From the NCBI RefSeq assembly GCF_006345805.1, contig NW_021835579.1, positions 1-26,190 on the forward strand: DNA of 26,190 nucleotides. The letters run 5' to 3'. The position numbers were made by a program, and so were the translations under genes. Below are positions 19,767 through 26,190 of this stretch, one piece after another (position 1 is the first letter of the stretch; each line of letters starts with the position of its first letter). The stretch is from Octopus sinensis (taxonomy: Eukaryota). The notes beneath the pieces were generated by a model, which made no database searches, was not told the DNA's origin, and saw only the letters and a program-made list of their open reading frames with translations.

Positions 19767-20066
19767 CAGTGGTTCCCAACATGGGGCATACGCCCCACCG
19801 GTGGAGCCAGGGAAATTGCTGTAGGGCGTGGTGCCGCATTCACCAGGCACAAGGTTCTCAGAAACATGATTCACTTTTTGTTTTCCCTTTGTCAATAAAG
19901 TACATTCTTGTTGTACTCTGTACTTAATAAAAGAGTAACCGGCAGATTCTTGAATAATTGTAACAAAATATTAGTAATAAAGTTGGGGGGGGGGGTTCCA
20001 ACCACTGGTGGGGCTACATTTTTCTGGGAAGTTATATTGGGGCCTGGAGATATTTTGGGAACACTG
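19767..20066. mobile_element. hAT-type MITE, 300 bp, degenerate 8-bp TSD
   Basis: CAGTGGTTCCCAAC ... TTTTGGGAACACTG; flanks TACTACAG and TGCTACAC match 6/8. An 8-bp TSD is characteristic of hAT. Confidence 0.78.
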
Positions 20067-20149
20067 TGCTACACACCAAATGGGTTATGCAATGGGATCG
20101 AAAGCGCAACCTCATGATTGCGAAGCACACGTACAATCTTACACACTAT

Positions 20150-20201
<52 letters not shown>

Positions 20202-20360
20202 GCATACACACACACACACACACACATATTTGCATATATATATGTATATGCGCATATACATATATACACGTATATTGGTGCGGGTATGTGTGTGTGTGAG
20301 TGGACTGAGACGTACGCAGACACTTACATATGCATACACATGCACCAACTATAAGCGCAC

Positions 20361-20403
<43 letters not shown>

Positions 20404-20714
20404 AACACAAACACACACATAAAAAGACACACCAGTCGCATAAGAGAGATTCGTTGCTAAGAAAGATGACAGACATTTGTTGTTGCTGTCGTTGTTGTTG
20501 TTGTTGTTGTTGGCGGGTGGTAGCCGTTGGTATTGCATTTAATGTTGTTGCTATTGATGTGGTTGATGTCTTCATTGGTGGTAGTGTTGGTGGTGGTGGT
20601 AGTGGTGGTAGTGGTGGTGTGTTTGTTGGTCTATTTTTCTTTATGATGTTTTTGTTGTTTATATTACCGCTGTTGGAGTTTGGTGCCGCCATTGTTTATC
20701 CTTGTTGTTACTGC

Positions 20715-20726
20715 TATTATTATCAT

Positions 20727-20767
<41 letters not shown>

Positions 20768-20792
20768 TTATTATTATTATTATTATCATTAT

Positions 20793-20836
<44 letters not shown>

Positions 20837-20866
20837 TACTACTATTATTATTATTATTATCATTAT

Positions 20867-20904
<38 letters not shown>

Positions 20905-20926
20905 TTATTATTATTATTATTATCAT

Positions 20927-20964
<38 letters not shown>

Positions 20965-20990
20965 TTATTATTATTATTATTATCATTATT
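20715..20990 (+). repeat. Higher-order (TAT)nCAT(TAC)n compound microsatellite, ~60-74-bp period
   Basis: CAT interruptions at 20724, 20787, 20861, 20924, 20984. Confidence 0.9.
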
Positions 20991-21429
20991 ATTGTTGTTG
21001 TTGTTTTTGTTGCTGTCGTTGTTGGTGTCATTGTCACGACCGCTGTTGTTATACCACCATATTGTTCAAGCTCTCCATAGTTGCCCACCCACCCTCCCGC
21101 TCACGCCCCCTTTTCTTTTCTTTTCTTTTCTTTTCTATATACTTTTCCTTATTTTTTTTTATTTTTTTGCTATTTATTTACTTACTTTGTGTTTTGCTTT
21201 TTTTCCCCCCCCCCTCTTCTCTTTCCATTCTTCCACAGATAAAAAAAGCATATCTCCTTCATTCGACCAATATTGTTGGAAAGACCTTACTAATTACACA
21301 TGCATTCTAAAGCAACGATCACAGTTGACACCGAGCCCTTTCTCTTCTATTAATGTTACCCGCCCCTTTGTCAGCGGGTGTCAATTTTTCCCCCTTCTTC
21401 CAGCAACCCCTCCCGCAACCTTTATGTAC

Positions 21430-22000
21430 ACCTTACATGAGACATTCACACCCTAATGTATAAGAACGTGTGTGTGTATGTGTGTGAGTGAGTGAGTGTG
21501 TGTGGTGTGTGTGTGTGTGTGTGTGTGTGTAGACACCCTTACATGTACACCCTAATGTATAAGAACGTGTGTGTGTATGTGCATGTGTGTGTGTGTGTGT
21601 ATGTGCATGTATGTGTGTGTGTGTGCGTGTGTAGACACCCTTACATGTACACCCTAATGTATATGAACGTGTGTGTGTATGTGTGTGAGTGAGTGGTGTG
21701 TTGTGTGGGTGTGTGTGTAGACACCCTTACATGTACACCTAATGTATAAGAACGTGTGGTGTGTATGTGCATGTGTGTGTGTGGTGTATGTGCATGTATG
21801 TGTGGTGTGGGCGTGTTGTGTAGACACCCTTACATGTACACCTAATGTATAAGAACGTGTGTGTGTATGTGCATGTGTGTGTGTGTGTGTATGTGCATGT
21901 ATGTGTGTGTGTGTGCGTGTGTAGACACCCTTACATGTACACCCTAATGTATATGAACGTGTGTGTGTATGTGCATGTGTGTGTGTGTGTGTGTGTGGAC
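21430..22000 (+). repeat. ~100-bp tandem repeat: conserved ~38-bp core plus (TG)n-rich segment, 6 copies
   Basis: AGACACCCTTACATGTACACCCTAATGTATAAGAACG at 21531, 21633, 21719, 21822, 21923, and a partial copy at ~21431. Confidence 0.9.
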
Positions 22001-22962
22001 ATGAGTATTGAACAAGGTTTTTTTCATAGCGTGTTTTTTTATACATTTTTTGGGGATTTTTTTTAAACGATCGTGGAATATGAAATTAAAAATCCAACAC
22101 TGAAAGTGTGAAATCTTTAGAAATAATGCGTGATAAACGAAACAAAAAAAAAATACAAAAAAAAATACAAAAAAAAAAACTTCATTTGTTTCCAAACAAG
22201 CCTTTCATTCCACCCACCCACCCACCCATTCACCAACACCCTACCCTTCACTTTCCTTCCTCTCACCCCGCCTCTCCTCCCCCCTCCTCTCCTTCCTTCC
22301 AAAATTCATTTCTTTCTTCTCCTTCTTTAACACATCTTTACCAATTTACAAATAAAACCCCTTTTTTTTTCATTTTAGTAAAAAACCATTTTTAAAATTC
22401 CCAATTAATCACCCTGCCTCCTATTATAATCATTGGTTTTGGGAACATTTTTCCCCAATAACCGATTTCTCTCTAATTAGTATAAATTATTGCTACTAAT
22501 GAGTTTTATTCGTTCAGTTATTTATTTATTTATTTATTTATTTTACAATTCCATTGTCTGCAAGAACACTTCTTTCTACCACACCTTTTTCGAGATTCCT
22601 TATTATGCGCCGAAGACTGTGCATACGCTTACTAGCTTTTGTTTGTTTGTCTATTATAAAACCTAAATGCAATTGTTGAACAATGGACACACAAAACACA
22701 GAGTTGATAATCGAAGGCAAAAATCCAATAGTTTATTTCATGGAACCACTCCGTTCCAGTTCAGAAATATCTAAACGTTAAGTGATATTTGCTCGATGAT
22801 TCGCTATTCTTTTCATATGCAAATATATGCTAATGAGGGTAAAGAAAAATGTGACTATAACAATTTTGATTTGAAAAGAAATCATTTTTATTTGTTTCAC
22901 CGCAAAAATAGTAAATTGTTTTTACGATAAAAAACAACAGAAAAGCAGGACAGACTACGGGA

Positions 22963-23563
22963 CTATAAAATTTAATGTACTACATGGCTAAAAATTTTAC
23001 ATTTACCACATGGTTATAAATCTAAATGCGCCACATGGTTATAAGATAAAATGTACGACATGGTTAAAAACTAAATGTACCACACTGCTATGAAACTAAA
23101 TGTACCACATGGTTATAAAATTAAATGTACCACATGGTTATAAAATTAAATGTACCACATGGCTAAAAAAATTTAATTGTACCACATGGCAATGAAGCTA
23201 AATATACCGCATTGAAATGACACTAAATGTACTACTTGGTTATTAACCTACGTGTACCACATGGTTATGTACCTAAGTGCACCACATGAATATGGCACTA
23301 GATATACCACATGGCTATACAATTAAAAATATACCGCATGGACATGAAACTATAAACGTATCATATGGCTACGATACTAAGTGTACAACATGGCTATGAA
23401 ATTTTAAATATATCATATAGATATAAGACTACATGTACCCCAAAGTACCACATAGCGATGAAATCCTGAAAATACCACACAACTACGAAACTGTAAATGC
23501 CCCACAGGACTTCGAAGCTGGACATTTTACCACTTGGCGAAAATCTGTAAATGTGCAACATGG
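22963..23563 (+). repeat. 25-bp minisatellite, ~24 degenerate copies
   Basis: Consensus near TTATAAAATTAAATGTACCACATGG; two adjacent perfect copies around 23110-23160, decaying toward the right end. Confidence 0.92.
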
Positions 23564-23635
23564 CTATGCGATGTTTAGTCGTAAACTTCTACATAGACCT
23601 CTGGTAATTGTATATTATATTACTTAAGTTACTAA

Positions 23636-23905
23636 GGCAGTGGAGCTGGCAGAATCGTTAGCACACTTGGTAAAATGCTTGGCGGCATTTTGTGCGTTTA
23701 TTGAGCGAAAAGACCTCAAAGTTCACGATGCTCCGGTAGGGGGTAGGGGTGGCGAACCCTTCTGTACCCTTTAACCACAACTTTCTCTCACTCTTTCTTC
23801 CTGTTTTTGTTGTACTTGTATTTCAAAGGGGCCAGCCTTGTCACACTCTGTGTCACGCTGACTCTCCCTGAGAACTACATTAAGGGTACACGTTTCTGTG
23901 GAGTA
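23636..23905 (+). mobile_element. Family-A-type head (23636-23693) followed by a SINE/LINE-tail module (23731-23905)
   Basis: GGAGCTGGCAGAATCGTTAGCAC...AAATGCTTGGCGGCATTT; then AACTTTCTCTCACTCTTTCTTCCTGTTT shared with 9395-9421. Confidence 0.7.
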
Positions 23906-23911
23906 TTATGT

Positions 23912-24077
23912 GCGGTTTTCGGCACTGGAGAGGCAATTCCTCAGACTTGTATCAAAGTCATGCTGTTACATTGTATGTCTATCAGACCTTGTTGACAGAC
24001 GGTCTGATTGACGGACAATGTAATACCACGCCTTTGACACAAGTCTGAGGACGTGCCTCTCCAATGCCTAAGACCGC
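23912..24077. repeat. Long inverted repeat: 77-bp arms, 12-nt loop
   Basis: 23912-23988 vs 24001-24077 align without gaps; 11 mismatches in the 68-bp core, 13 over 77 bp (counted by hand). Confidence 0.92.
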
Positions 24078-24484
24078 TTATATTACGTAAAATTTTCTTT
24101 TAGAATCTTCGCATAAACAGGCGTTGCAAATGGAAATGGTACAGAAACAGGTGTAAATTGTTATTAAAGATGTGTTAAAGAATTTTCTTTGTATTCTGTT
24201 CATTGGATTATTTACTCTTCGCCAAACCCATGTAACGGTATAATCGTCGTGAGACTTCCAGCCATGGCTTGGATGTCGACAATGTTGATCGCTCAGTATT
24301 CGGGTTGAGTGCTTCTCTGGAAATACGCGAACTTCACACCCGACTGAATTTAGCAATTTGCTTTGTATAGATAGCTTCCAAAATTTGAACAGAAACGCAA
24401 GACAGGAACAAACGGAAGGTTCACACACAAAACGGGGACGTTGCTAATTCTTTGTCAGTTATCCTCCCAAAAATCTTTGCAATT

Positions 24485-24519
<35 letters not shown>

Positions 24520-24625
24520 GGGTACAGGACATCACCAACAGTGCAAATAACATGAAATACGTAAACAACGAGAAAAATGGAAAACTGGACAAGTAAACAT
24601 AGAGAAAGGCTGTTTATCTACTCCG

Positions 24626-24656
<31 letters not shown>

Positions 24657-24753
24657 ACGGGAAGCTTTATGAAAATAAACAAAAGACGAAGGCAGGTGGA
24701 ATACAAACAAACAATTGTATTAGTATGGCGCTCAGGAATATAAATAAAACAAG

Positions 24754-24791
24754 TCTTTTACGTTTCGAGCCTACGCTCTTCAACAGAAAGA
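24754..24791 (-). ncRNA. Minimal type-I hammerhead-ribozyme-like motif (Penelope-like element type) within a repeat fragment at ~24655-24800
   Basis: Minus strand TCTTT-CTGTTGA-A-GAGC-GTAG-GCTC-GAAA-CGTA-AAAGA: stem I TCTTT/AAAGA, stem II GAGC/GCTC, palindromic ACGT at stem III, GUA site. Core has U where A6 is expected. Confidence 0.6.
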
Positions 24792-24895
24792 TACACAGAA
24801 ATATATTATGTGTGTGTGTGTATGCATGCATGTGTGAATATAAGTATGCTTGTATGCGTGCATGTATGCCAGTATGTATTTATGTATTTATGTAT

Positions 24896-24933
<38 letters not shown>

Positions 24934-25426
24934 ACACACACACATACATCAATGCATGCAAGCACCAGCGAAAAAAACCGAGCAACCGGTGCTTTTCAAA
25001 CGAAGTGTCTACATCAAATTACAGAGATTAACTTGTCACCCTCGCTGTGGTAAATGCACTAAAACAATGTAATCGGTCGATTAGAAAACTTATAAACCAA
25101 CAACGCCATTGTTCACAAACATGCATTTGGCAAAATAATTTAATAATTTAATAAGCCACTTAGTAAAATTTAATAAGCCACTTAGTAAAATTAATTAAAA
25201 AATAAAATTATGGTAGTGTCTTTTATTAACCAATCTCTTTACGAAATGAATTTATTGTGAAAAGAAATCGTTATCTTAGAAATTTGAACAGCAGTTTTTT
25301 GCGTATACTCATCATGTAAGGAATTGGTTAATACGAGGTCGTTGTGGACACACCCCTCATGCAATGTGCTGACCCATATGTCCGTGGTTGCGTATACTTT
25401 CATATTACGTACGTATATTGTGTACA

Positions 25427-25660
25427 GGCGGCGAGCTGGCAGAATCGTTAGCACGCCGGGCGAAATGCGTAGTCGTATTTCGTCTGCCGCTACGTTCTGA
25501 GTTCAAATTCCGCCGAGGTCGACTTTGCCTTTTATCCTCTCAGGGTCGATAAATTAAGTACCAGTTACGCACTGGGGTCAGTATAATCGACTTAATCCGT
25601 TTGTTTGTCCTTGTTTGTCCTCTCTGTGTTTAGCCCCTTGTGGGCAGTAAAGAAATAAGT
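25427..25660 (+). mobile_element. SINE family A, single full-length copy
   Basis: GGCGGCGAGCTGGCAGAATCGTTAGC ... GGGCAGTAAAGAAATAAG; at most a short TGTACA duplication. Confidence 0.92.
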
Positions 25661-25730
25661 ATGTACATTGTGTGTGCGTGCGCGCGCACACGCGTACCTC
25701 AGTTGTACACAGAAGCACACACACAGACAT

Positions 25731-25994
25731 GAATCGATCCCAGGACTTATTTTTTTACTTATTTTATCGGTCTCTTTGCCGAACTATTGAGTTACGGAGA
25801 CGTAAACATATCAACACCGGTTGCCAAGTGAGGGACAAACACAGACGCAAAGACATACACAAACACCTGAACACACACACACACACGCATACACACGCAC
25901 GAACACATATACACGGTGGGCTTCATTCAGTTTCCGTCTATCAAATCCATTCACAAGGCTTTGGTCGGCCCAAGGTTATAGTAGAGGACATGCC
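25731..25994 (-). mobile_element. SINE family B internal fragment
   Basis: CAGTTTCCGTCTATCAAATCCATTCACAAGGCTTTGGTCGGCCC matches the B family. Confidence 0.82.
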
Positions 25995-26119
25995 TATACA
26001 TACATACATACAGACATACAGATAGATAAGATAGACAGACAGGTAGAAAGACAGACGATAGATAGATTAAAATATATAGAAAGACATATATATATATATA
26101 TATATTATATAGATATATA

Positions 26120-26182
<63 letters not shown>

Positions 26183-26190
26183 ATAAGAGA

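Noticed and set aside
21430-22000. CRISPR-like repeat/spacer appearance
   Set aside because: Spacers are (TG)n-derived and related to each other, the host is eukaryotic, and no cas genes are present.
22538-22720. ORF / possible 30-nt micro-exon (22633-22662, TTTAG|...|GTAAGC) or terminal exon on the minus strand
   Set aside because: Splice-like signals exist, but the peptide is unrecognisable and includes a (CAAA)n run; not supportable without transcripts.
25146-25189. 22-bp perfect tandem duplication
   Set aside because: Ordinary local slippage with no further structure.
224-26186. Most ORFs in the supplied track (MCVCV..., HTHT..., YIYI..., poly-I/L/Y/M/T)
   Set aside because: They are translations of di-, tri- and tetranucleotide microsatellites or SINE sequence, which lack stops by composition.

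Overview
Eukaryotic, AT-rich DNA packed with microsatellites and tRNA-derived SINEs. From my recollection of these SINE families (not a database search), it is most consistent with an octopus (coleoid cephalopod) genome. Almost all ORFs in the supplied track are translations of simple repeats or SINEs, and no complete protein-coding gene is supported. The only coding candidate is an unidentified minus-strand first exon near 853-1021, running off the left edge, with a CpG-rich promoter/5'UTR-like region upstream (to ~2300). The rest is three SINE families (here A, B, C) with fragments and chimeras, TIR/hAT-type MITEs (partly nested), several minisatellites, a long hairpin and a Penelope-type hammerhead-like motif. 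The most notable observations are: (i) family-A SINE concatemers (a 5-mer and a 2-mer), each inside a single target-site duplication and sharing one fixed junction at the base of a stem-loop; (ii) a pre-tRNA-Glu/SINE-tail chimera resembling U6/L1-type chimeras; (iii) a gap-free 77-bp-arm foldback.
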